A stretch of DNA of 64,000 nucleotides from Tubulanus polymorphus (Eukaryota > Animalia > Nemertea), in assembly GCF_964204645.1 (NCBI RefSeq), contig NC_134036.1, positions 4,866,600-4,930,599 of the forward strand, read 5' to 3'. The translations under genes were made by a program, and so were the position numbers. This document shows positions 1 through 11,344 of this stretch, piece after piece. Position 1 is the first letter of the stretch. Each line of letters begins with the position of its first letter. Below the pieces are notes generated by a model that was not told where the DNA came from, did not search any database, and saw nothing but the letters and a program-made list of their open reading frames with translations.

Positions 1-3000
1 TACCAGGACTTGTGTTTTATAGTTTAAGACATGAGAACCTCAGGTTTGAGGTGAAATATTACATACCGACATTTCAAATACAATACACATTAGAACAGTC
101 GATACGGGTAAAACAGTTTAAAAATGTCTGTAAATCAGGATTTTTAGATTCGGGAATTTCATGCGTAAAATACATCAGAGATGAACGTCTGAATTGGGAG
201 AATGCTGAATTGTACTGTAGACAGAAGTACGCGGGACATCTACTCAGTATCAACTCACAACAGGAAATGATTTCTATTAAAAGATTATTCGCTACAAAGC
301 TTCTTCTAAAGGCATATTCACAGATAGCGCTCATAATGATGATTGGATTAAAACGGCAAGTAAGTCATGAAATAAGTCATTAGAAAGTTTGTATATAAGA
401 ATTTGATGTTATGTTTAATCACGTGTTTGCAACTTAATTTTTCAGCCCGTTTCTGGTTATTACACTTGGACTGATGGAAAACCATTGAGCTACACAGAGT
501 GGTATAAACCTACAAACAACGACACGATACCAGACGTTATTCAAGGATTGATATCTCCTCTTAGAAAACAACCGATAAATGACGTCAATATGCCGTGTAC
601 GGCGATGATACTGAATAATCCACGAGGATCAGCGAACTGGGTTCGATTCCCCTGCGAAATCGAAGAGGTTCATACGAGTTTCATTTGCGAAACTGAAAGA
701 ATTTTTATCGAAAATAGAACAGCAACAAAGTGGAATGTAACCAAAAACGACACATTTCTGATACGGGAAAATGCATTTCAAGATATTAAATTCAATGAAT
801 CGAGCTGTACGATTGGTTTAATAAGCATAGACAGACAATGCTATCTCTTACTAACGGACTGGAACACACATCGAGGTCTTGATATAAAAACTGCGACAGA
901 GATGTGTAATGGCGTCCGGGCCGAAGTAGGTAGTATTAAAATTAATATTCAAAAAGATATCTTAAATTTGATAACAGCATTTCAATATGAACATCAATAT
1001 AGCTCTATACTAACGATAAGGTCTAATGACAGACTGCAAGTTATAAACCCAATAATCACCAGAGATGAAATTACTTATATTCAATCAGTTAAATGGATGA
1101 TGAAACATTTTGATAATGCGACAGATACAGCGCATTCTGTTTTGTGTTCATACAATGTAACTGATGAAGAGTTAACTTCTATAAGCGGTTGTAAATCGTG
1201 GCAGTTTAAATGTAACGATCAAAGATGTATCAGCGACCATCGCGTATGTGATACCAGACACGACTGCCAACACGGTGGAGATGAACTCAATTGTACGGAT
1301 ATAAATTTCCACAGTCAGTTTCAATGCTATGATGGTCAAGTGATATCAATAAGTGGTTTCTGTGATTTCATACAAGATTGTGCGGATGGTTCTGATGAGG
1401 AATCTTGTATTCATCCCCCGTGTTTGTCAGAACAATTTCGCTGCACAAGTGGTCAATGTTTCAGTAGGTCAAACAGATGTGATGGAGTCACTGATTGTAA
1501 AGACGGATCAGATGAAATGGGATGCACTACTGAAATGTGTCAGGGGTTCCTGTGTAACAGTGGAGACTGTATTAGTTCTCAGTTATATCAGGATGGTGTC
1601 GTGGATTGTAGTGGAAGCCTCGAAGAAGATGAATTAGTAACAACTACTAATGTTACAGTGAATCCTACTGTTCAGTGCAATGATGAAAACTACTGCACGA
1701 CTAACTTCACCAATCTCTGTACGGAATCAGATGAACAAAGGTGTTCTTTCAATTCTCCTCACTGTTATTCAAGACGTCACAGATGTATTCTAGAAAGAAT
1801 GACAAATGGTTCCCCAGTTTGTAGAAATCTCGAGCACGTATTGAGATGTGAAGAATTTGATTGTCCAGCTGGTACTGTAAAATGTCCAGCATCGTACTGT
1901 ATACCGATCAGACAGGTGTGCGATGGTCAATCAGATTGTCCTTATTCAGAAGATGAACAAAACTGCGAGACATTTTCATGTCCAGGAATGTTTAAATGTG
2001 GTCAGGAAAATCGGTGTATTCCACAATCTGAAGTTTGCGACGGGGTCGTCAATTGTAAACATACAACTGATGACGAGGCTTTATGTAACGTCACGTGTCC
2101 GATGGGCTGTAGATGTCAAGGTAATTTGATTGATTGTGCGAATGCTCGTTTAAAAGATGTGACTGGTCTTTTCTCGACATCAAGTCGAGTTTTAATTCTG
2201 TCGAATAACAGAATCATTCTGAGCGAGTCGACGTTTTCTTTAGTCGTTTATCTTCGAATGCTTAACATCTCTTTCAATGAATTGTCTTATATTTTACCGA
2301 ACTCGTTCACAAACCTGCATAATTTACATACATTAGACCTTACATACAACAACATCACATCATTATCCACAAACACATTCATCGGGTTGTATAATTTAAA
2401 AGAGTTATTGATAACTGAAAATCCACTACGCCATTTAGAGGACAATACCTTCCAAGATTTAATGTCATTACAATTTCTGGACCTTCAAGGGCTTTCAATT
2501 TTGCTGCTTGGTAGAGATTTATTTAGAGGTTTATCTGCATTACAGTCGTTGGATATTAGCAGTAACAGAATCCATCATATTTCACGTAATGCTTTTTCAG
2601 GATTAAATGAACTTAGAATTCTCGATATCACCAATAACTCTAAATTTATTTTGACTGAGACAGGCGTTTTCGATAATCTAACATCATTAGTCTCGTTAAC
2701 GTCTGATGCTTACAAATTTTGTTGCATGGCTCCGAATGTTGACCAGTGTCTTCCTGAAGCTGATGAATTTTCCTCCTGTTCTGATCTGATGGGTAACACA
2801 ATCCTCAGAGCTATCATCTGGATCATCGCTTCATTTAGTTTCTTCGCGAACAGTATCGTCATTTTATTTCGTCTTCGATCAATTAGACTTTCATCCTCCG
2901 AAAAGCGCAACACATCCTCTGACATCCTCATTATCAATATCGCAGCTTGTGATTTTCTGATGTCGATTTATTTGTTTTCGATTGCGGGTGCAGATTATAT

Positions 3001-3697
3001 TTATAAAGGAGATTATTTCCTAAACTCTGAAACTTGGACGGATAGTTCATTGTGTAGTTTCGCCGGAGTCACGGTGACTATTTCTTGTGAAGGCTCGTTG
3101 ACGTTTCTATTCATTCTTACACGGCAAAGATTCTCGAATATCGTTAACCCATTTTCTGGAAGCCCGATTAGATCACCGAGATATGTGTCGATTATTTGTG
3201 GCATGTGTTGGGTTATTATAAGCACAATCTCTATAATACCGCTGTCACAATTATCTTATTTCGGTATTAAATTCTACGGTACTACTGGAGTTTGTTTACC
3301 TATGAATTTAATATCGATCGATGTCAACGCCTGGCAATATTCATTCGCTATTTTTGCGGTATTCAACTCGTTCATACTCGCTACGATAATGGCGACTTAT
3401 GCACAAATGTACAGACTCGTATCTGGAAGCAGGACAGGTTCGGGTAGAATCGATCCTACGGAACTGGTTTTAGCACGAAGAAGTTTGGTGATAAATCTTT
3501 GTAATTTATTTTGCTGGCTGCCGTTAATTATCGTTCAGTTTTGCGCGGTATTACGGGTAGAAATACCGAATCAGGTGGCGGCTTGGCTGGCTGTTCTTTT
3601 CTTACCGATCAACTCGTCCCTCAATCCCCTTCTTTACACAATACTGACTATCGATATGAAATCAATACGAGCCAAAACTAAACGCTTTCGGCAATAA
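1..3697 (+). CDS. Copy 1 (5' truncated by the window): CUB/C-type lectin/LDLa/LRR GPCR, GRL101-like
   Basis: Exons <1-359 and 446-3697; intron 360-445 (GTAAGT...TTTTTCAG, 86 bp, phase 0). Shows LDLa motifs (CDGxxDCxDGSDE), LRRNT CPMGCRC, LxxLDLxxNxI repeats, hinge FCC...FSSCSDLM, and a 7TM with CWLP and NPLLY. Confidence 0.92.
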
Positions 3698-3698
3698 A
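3693..3698 (+). terminator. Candidate AATAAA polyadenylation signal overlapping the stop codon (copy 1; also copies 2-4 and 6-8)
   Basis: CAA TAA A forms AATAAA. It is retained as TAATAAA in copies 6 and 8 and absent in copy 5. The AT-rich context makes chance occurrence possible. Confidence 0.3.
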
Positions 3699-5352
3699 TG
3701 TTTCAAACAGTCTTAACGCATTGATCTGGCAAATATTATCGGGTTGTCCTATCTAAGCTCAAGAATTGTTATTTTTAATTGTACGTTCGAGTATTAAAGT
3801 TCACACATTTCACCCGAAATCATGCCCTCTCTGCAAGATGCGTCCGAAAACTATAGACAATATTGGAATTTTAAACATGATATTAAACCTGAGCGAACGA
3901 AGTTATCAGAATATTTCTGAAATATAATCGGGCGTGGGTATTAACGACACGTGGATACGATGGAACCGAAAATTCATTTAGAATTGGATAAGAAATGTGG
4001 TGCGAATATCAAATTGCCCAAAATTACCGCGAGATGTTGAACCTGTAATTTTTTATTTTACCTGCTAATTCGGGTTCCTGAAAATAAAAGATGAATTGAC
4101 CTCGTAAATACTCGGCGCATCATTAGAGTTGGTAAAATTCTAAGCCGTCATGTTTGAAACATTTAACCAAATCTTTACTTTATATCTAATATAAGATAGC
4201 GAATATTTCGTTTCCTCTTGATCTCAATCGAATGCGAAATTTCGTTTTAAGAAAAAAAATAATTCTTTTCACAATGCGCGGGGGAGTATAGAATAGATTT
4301 TTATATCGCAAACACTTTCGTTTTGGATTCCTCACTTTGACCGTACGTACCAGTAACGTTAAGATAATAAATAGGTCAAGAGATTTTAGGGCGTTTTTCA
4401 ACCAGTGTTGTTTATAAGTAACGGTAAATTTCATTTTTATAGGAAATTGATTTTTGCCCAGACTCGAGCTACCCACTCGCCAGTCGTTAACCGGTGGATC
4501 TGTCTTTCAATTACGAATAAATTTTAATACAGCCTACAAAGTATTTTACAGAACTGAATTGGATTGGAGAATGTTTAAGCAGAAAGTTACCAATTATGTT
4601 TTTGGTCTAAAGAAAAACCCAGACGAATTTGACACAACATCCAACTATGACATATCCTATCGATTTCCAATGACAAACACGAACCCGCTGTTTTATTGAT
4701 TTCTTGGTTTTATAACTCATTAATCTAATTAACATTAAACTAACCGATCGAACGAGTAAGAAGGGCAATACATATTTCAAGATCGAAAACTTAAAAACGC
4801 GGTTTGCGAATTCGCGAAAACGGCGTCTTAGTAACGCGTAAAGTAACGCGCTACGACTGGATTGAACTCACGCCAGTCGCCGATTTTCAAAACGGTTAGA
4901 ATCCTGAAACCGAGCGATGCGTATAAACTGCGATTCCAATAATATTCATAAAGTCGAATTTTGTCGGACGGTCGAGCGAAAATATATATTCGACTAGCTA
5001 ATGAAATATTAATTTAAAAATAAAATAGGCAAACGAACGACACGGAATAATTGGGATATTTTTATATATAATTGGACATGGATATTTACCGCGCCTAAAG
5101 GAAATGTGAAACGTGAAAATTGCTGCACAGATTGATGGTAATTACTGGAGAACTCGTTCGAAAGTAATGTCAACGTTTGAAAATATATTTGTACCCTGAA
5201 TTTGCTGATTGCAGCAAACGAATACTAAGAAATCTCAAATGCTCCATCATTAATGGAGAGAACTTGAAGATAGAAAGTAATGTGAAAAGGCGATCAGTGA
5301 TTGAAATAACAACTTTAGAATCTGGAATGAATTTCAACGTTGTGTCGTGTTG

Positions 5353-8300
5353 ATGTTGTTCGGTATGGAGCAGCGACTGAGAGCGCTGTTTATAGCGTCG
5401 CTGATCGTCTGTCAAGTTCGCATCGCGCGCGCTGATCGCGCAGACTCTATCGAGGAATCGTCTGTGACGGTAAGTTCGTCTTGTAACAACACGTGGTACC
5501 CGCTAGATTCTACGTCCGGTTACATCGTTTCACCGAATTACCCTTCGTTAACGCGCGGCGTTGAATGTCGTTGGTTCATCAACAGTTCTTTTACGGGGAC
5601 TTTTCACGTCCAAGTTTACTACGATATTGGGCTTTCAATATTCTGTAGTGATAACTACCTTCTCGTTTACGAGTCTGAAAATAGATTGTGCGGTGTTGGA
5701 AAACATGAAATCCGCCGTAACGATTCGATCTCGTTGATGTTTAGGTGTAACGTCGATGGTGCGCGAGGTAGTCGGGTTTATGTCATATATAGTTATGAAC
5801 CAAGCCGATTGAAAATCAGTCACGACTGTTTAAGACACAATATAAGATTGGGGAGGCTAAAAGCTGAGCAGGGTTACAAATACACCGTAGGAAAAATAAT
5901 GAATTGCCAGTTATTTGTTGAATGGAGCGGCATGCCGCGAGGTTATGCGTTGAATCTAACATTTATTGATACAACTTTTAGATTCTATTATGGTTGGAAA
6001 TCATTGTCGGTAACCATGAAAATACACGACGGTTGGAACACCAGCAATGAACCTTTAGCGCATATACCACACCAATCTGGACATCCAGCATCATCATTTT
6101 ATACAAAAACAAACAAAGCTGTTTTGGTGTCACTGCTGACACATCTACAGTCACTGCTTTTAGTACAGACGTATAGAATATCTGATTGGAACGTCTCTAA
6201 TCCGTTGATTCAGGTTTCTAATAACGAGTCGGGAGTGATCGTTCCCGATGACAACAGTTTACACGTAATAACACGATCAAAACACTTACACTGCTGGTCT
6301 ATCACAGTGCAGGTGTTACAGTACGTCGTCTTCAACTGGACACGTGATCTCATCACATCCGGTGACGTCATCGGTGTATATAAACAAGAAGGGTTACGCG
6401 TTGTAGGAACTGCTATTTCACTCGGTAACAACTACCTGGAATCGCTGAGTGTCAAATCTGAAGGCTTTCTCGTCATACTGTGCATTTTGAGAGCAGGCGT
6501 CCGCAAAAATGCGAGATTTGAAATAAACTATAAGATTGAATCTATTTCGATAGATGATTTAAAGGTCATCGACCGTGAGGTGAGTATCACCTGTGAAATA
6601 ATTTTACCTCGTATTGAAATAAACTGAAATTATTAAGAATAAAAACTGTCTGATATACTCGAAATATTGGCTAAATCTAGGTACCGGTGAACCAGATGTT
6701 TTCTAAGACGCCGTTCGCGCTGTTTCCAAAACGAATGAAAATCGTTGTGAATTATCGCGTCAGCAGATATGATTTTAAATGGAAAGTTGATATCTATGAA
6801 GAAAATATGGAACTAACAGTTTTGTCAGAGAACTGCGAGCGAGCTGGATTTTACATATACGACGGTGGTAATTTCACGGCTAGACGATACGGTCCGTATT
6901 GTCCTCGTTTATACGCCCCGTACGACCGTAACGTCGTCAGTCTGATTACATCGGGTGGCTCGGTTACTGTAGTAGAATACGCTTATAACTGGGATGATCA
7001 GTTAACAGTCGGTAAAATATCATATCTCAGATTTCGTCCTACCGACTGTGACGGGTATGTTTTAAAGGAAGGAGAACGTAAGATCAATATGACGTCACAC
7101 TGTCTCGTGATAACACCGGAAAATCGACCCCTACCTTTGAGAAATATTAATATATTATCAGAACACGAATATCAAATTGACCGATGTTTTCAGGATCATC
7201 GATCTTTTGGTTCTTGTAGCAGGTATCTGGCATTGAGTAGTCAGGTTCTTAATAACGGTCTCGTATTAAACACTGTGAAAATACGTGTGACGAATGTATT
7301 CTGGTTGTATTCATTATTAGTTAAACTACGGCGTAAATGTCAACGATCGAAGGTAGTTGCAGGGGGTATTGACCAGACACCACTGAATGATAATTGCGGA
7401 ATCATTCAGTCACCAAACTACCCGGGATCAGCAGGGCACACCAGAGAAGCATTAATATATAGTTTTCTACATAAGAATTTTCAGCGAATTCGATATTACA
7501 GATTTGTAATCAAATATACTGAAATAATACAATGTGAGAAAACAAAATCGTCAGACAAGAACCCGATTATGATAACGCAATCTATTACTGATACAACTAA
7601 CGGTCAAAGACACCAACACGAAAATAGAATATGTGACAATAACGCGATACCGGGACTTGTGTTTTATAGTTTAAGACATGAGAACCTCAAGTTTGAGGTG
7701 AAAAATTACATACCTACATTTCAAATACAATACACATTTGAACAGTCGTTACCGGTAAAACAGTTTGAAAATGTCTGTAAATCGGGATTTCTAGATTCGG
7801 GAATTTCATGCGTTAAATACATCAGAGATGAACGTCTGAATTGGAAGAATGCTGAATTGTACTGTAGACAGAAGTACGCGGGACATCTACTCAGTATCAA
7901 CTCACAACAGGAAATGATTTCTATTAAAAGATTATTCGCTACAAAGTTTCTTCTAAAGGCATATTCACAGAACGCGCTCATAATGATGATTGGATTAAAA
8001 CTGCAAGTAAGTCATAAAATAAGTCATATGAAACTTTGTATATAAGAATTTGGGGTTATCTTTAATCACGTGTTTGCAACTTAATTTTTCAGCAAGTTTC
8101 TGGTTATTACACGTGGACTGACGGGAAACCATTGAGCTACACAGAGTGGTATAAACCTACAAATAACGACACGATACCAGAAGTTATTCGAGGATTGATA
8201 TCTCCTCTTAGAAAACAACCGATAAATGACGTCAATATGCCGTGTACGGCGATGATACTGAATAATCCACGAGCATCAGCGAACTGGGTTCGATTCCCCT

Positions 8301-11300
8301 GCGAAATCGAAGAGGTTCATACGAGTTTCATTTGCGAAACTGAAAGAATTGATATCGAAAATAGAACAGCAACAATGTGGAATGTAACCAAAAACGACAC
8401 ATTTCTGATACGGGAAAATGCATTTCAAGATATTAAATTCAATGAATCGAGCTGTACGATTGGTTTAATAAGCATAGACAGACAATGCTATCTCTTACTA
8501 ACGGACTGGAACACACATCGAGGTCTTGATATAAAAACTGCGACGGAGATGTGTAATGGCGTCCGGGCCGAAGTAGGTAGTATAAGAATTAATATTCAAA
8601 AAGATATCTTAAATTTGATAACAGCATTTCAATATGAACATCAATATAGCTCTATACTAACGATAAGGTCTAATGACAGACTGCAAGTTATAAACCCAAT
8701 AATCACCAGAGATGAAATTACTTATATTCAATCAGTTAAATGGATGATGAAACATTTTGATAATGCGACAGATACAGCGCATTCTGTGTTGTGTTCATAC
8801 AATGTAACTGATGAAGAGTTAACTTCTATAAGCGGTTGTAAATCGTGGCAGTTTAAATGTAACGATCAAAGATGTATCAGCGACCATCGCGTATGTGATA
8901 CCAGACACGACTGCCAACACGGTGGAGATGAACTCAATTGTACGGATATAAATTTCCACAGTCAGTTTCAATGCTATGATGGTCAAGTGATATCAATAAG
9001 TGGTTTCTGTGATTTCATACAAGATTGTGCGGATGGTTCTGATGAGGAATCTTGTATTCATCCCCCGTGTTTGTCCGAACAATTTCGCTGCACAAGTGGT
9101 CAATGTTTCAGTAGGTCAAGCAGATGCAATGGAATCACTGATTGTAAAGACGGATCAGATGAAATGGGATGCACTACTGAAATGTGTCAGGGGTTCCTGT
9201 GCATCAGTGGAAACTGTATCAGTTCTCAGTTGTATCAGGATGGTGTCGTGGATTGTAGTGGAAGCCTCGAAGAAGATGAATTAGTAACAACTTCTAATGT
9301 TACAGTGAATCCTACTGTTCAGTGCAATGATGAAAACTACTGCACGACTAACTTCACCAATCTCTGTACGGAATCAGATGAACAAAGGTGTTCTTTCAAT
9401 TCTCCTCACTGTTATTCAAGACGTCACAGATGTATTCTAGAAAGAATGTCAAATGGTTTCCCAGTTTGTAGAAATCTTGAGCACGTACTGAGATGTGAAG
9501 AATTTGAATGTCCAGCTGGTACTGTAAAATGTCCAGCATCGTACTGTATACCGATCAGACAGGTGTGCGATGGTCAATCAGATTGTCCTAATTCAGAAGA
9601 TGAACAAAACTGCGAGACATTTTCTTGTCCTGGAATGTTTAAATGTGGTCAGGAAAATCGGTGTATTCCACAATCTGAAGTTTGTGACGGTTTCGTCAAC
9701 TGTAAACATACAAAAGATGACGAGGCTTTCTGTAATGTCACGTGTAAGAAGGGCTGTAGATGTCAAGGTCATTTGATTGATTGTGCGAATGCTCGTTTAA
9801 AAGATGTCACTGGTCTTTTCTCGACATCGAGTCGAGTTTTAATTCTGTCGAATAACAGAATTATTCTGAGCGAGTCGACGTTTTCTTTATTCGTTTATCT
9901 TCGAATGCTTAACATCTCTTCCAATGAATTGTCTCATATTTTACCGAACTCGTTCACAAACCTGCATAATTTACATACAATAGATCTTACATACAACAAC
10001 ATAACATCATTATCCACAAACACATTCATCGGGTTGTATAATTTAAAAGAGTTATTGATAACTGAAAATCCTATACGCCATTTAGACGACAATACCTTTC
10101 AAGATTTAAAGTCATTACAATTTCTGGACCTTCAAGGGCTTTCAGTTTTGCTACTTGGTAGAGATGTATTTAGAGGTTTATCTGCATTACAGTCGTTGAA
10201 TATCAGCAGTAACAGAATCCATCATATTTCACGATATGCTTTTTCAGGATTGAATGAACTTAGAATTCTTGACATAACCAACAACTCTAAGTTCATTTCC
10301 ACAGCAAGAGGAGTTTTCATCAATCTGACATCATTAGTCTCGCTAACGTCTGACGCTTACAAATTTTGCTGCATGGCTCCGAATGTTGACCAGTGCCTTC
10401 CTAAAGCTGATCAGTTTTCCTCATGTTCTGATCTGATGGGTAACACAGTCCTCAGAGCTATCATCTGGGTCATCGCTGCGTTCAGTCTCTTCGCAAACAC
10501 GATTGTCATTTTATTTCGTCTTCGATCAATTCAACTTTCGTCCTCCGAAAAGCGTAACACATCCTCCGATATCCTTATTATCAATATCGCAGCTTGTGAT
10601 TTTTTGATGTCGATTTATTTGTTTTCGATCGCGGGTGCGGATTACGTTTTTAAAGGAGTTTATTTCTTGAATTCTGAAACTTGGACGGACAGTTCATTGT
10701 GTAGTTTCGCCGGAGTCACGGTGACTATTTCTTGTGAAGGCTCATTGACGTTTCTATTCATTCTAACACGGCATAGATTCTCGAATATCGTTAACCCATT
10801 TTCTGGAAGCCCGATTACATCACCGAGATATGTGTCCATTATTTGTGGCGTGTGTTGGGTTATTATAAGTACAATCTCTATAATACCGCTGTCACAATTA
10901 TCTTATTTCGGTATTAAATTCTACGGTACTACTGGAGTTTGTTTACCTATGAATTTAATATCAATTGATGTCCACGCCTGGCAATATTCATTCGCTATTT
11001 TTGCGGTATTCAACTCGTTCATACTCGCTACGATAATGACGACTTATGCGCAAATGTACAGACTCGTATCTGGAAGCAGGTCTGGTTCGGGTAGAATTGA
11101 CCCTACCGAACTGATTTTAGCACGTAGAGGTTTAGTGATAAATCTGTGTAATTTATTTTGCTGGCTACCGTTAATTATCGTTCAGTTTTGCGCGGTATTA
11201 CGGGTAGAAATACCGAATCAGGTGGCGGCTTGGCTGGCGGTTCTTTTCTTACCGATCAACTCGTCCCTCAATCCCCTTCTTTACACAATACTGACTATCG

Positions 11301-11344
11301 ATATGAAATCAATACGAGCAAAAACAAAACGCTTACGGCAATAA
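5353..11344 (+). CDS. Copy 2: CUB/C-type lectin/LDLa/LRR GPCR, GRL101-like, ~1934 aa
   Basis: Exons 5353-6579, 6681-8006, 8093-11344; introns 6580-6680 (GTGAGT..CTAG) and 8007-8092 (GTAAGT..TTCAG), both phase 0 and frame-restoring. Alternative ATG at 5365. Signal-peptide-like MEQRLRALFIASLIVCQVRIARA; CUB motif GYIVSPNYP...CRWFI; lectin motifs W..A..YC...GHLLSI..MIGL | WTDG..Y..W..C...W...C...FICE. Confidence 0.9.
6580..6680 (+). other. Intron 1 (copy 2, representative), phase 0
   Basis: GAG|GTGAGT donor and CTAG|GTA acceptor. A GTCTGATA branch-point-like motif about 30 nt upstream of the AG is kept in all 8 otherwise divergent intron-1 variants. Confidence 0.85.
8007..8092 (+). other. Intron 2 (copy 2, representative), phase 0, interrupting the C-type lectin domain
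   Basis: CAA|GTAAGT donor and TTTTTCAG acceptor. Removing it joins MIGLKLQ to QVSGYYTWTDG and rebuilds the canonical lectin WIGL...WxDG spacing. Confidence 0.92.

Noticed and set aside
1353-2129. Recurrent 94-aa and 68-aa alternate-frame ORFs within the LDLa region
   Set aside because: Shadow frames of Cys/Asp-rich codons. They recur only because the host exon is duplicated and show no recognisable motif.
74-3225. Short antisense ORFs over the lectin and 7TM exons
   Set aside because: Antisense shadows of conserved coding sequence with no independent evidence.
4186-4699. Spacer ORFs on both strands (MGSSSLGK..., MPRLELPT...) recurring in several copies
   Set aside because: Lengths and frames vary through indels between copies and most lack ATG starts, which is the behaviour of non-coding DNA.
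3698-5352. tRNA, snRNA, 5S or transposon remnant in the repeated spacer
   Set aside because: No cloverleaf, Pol III boxes, terminal repeats or transposase-like frames were recognisable by eye. An Rfam/RepeatMasker search would be needed to exclude them fully.
5347-8045. Treating the ~430-aa, ~450-aa and ~1070-aa ORFs as a three-gene operon-like cassette
   Set aside because: The GTG/TTG 'starts' are artefacts of the ORF caller. The gaps are canonical phase-0 introns and one splits a lectin domain.
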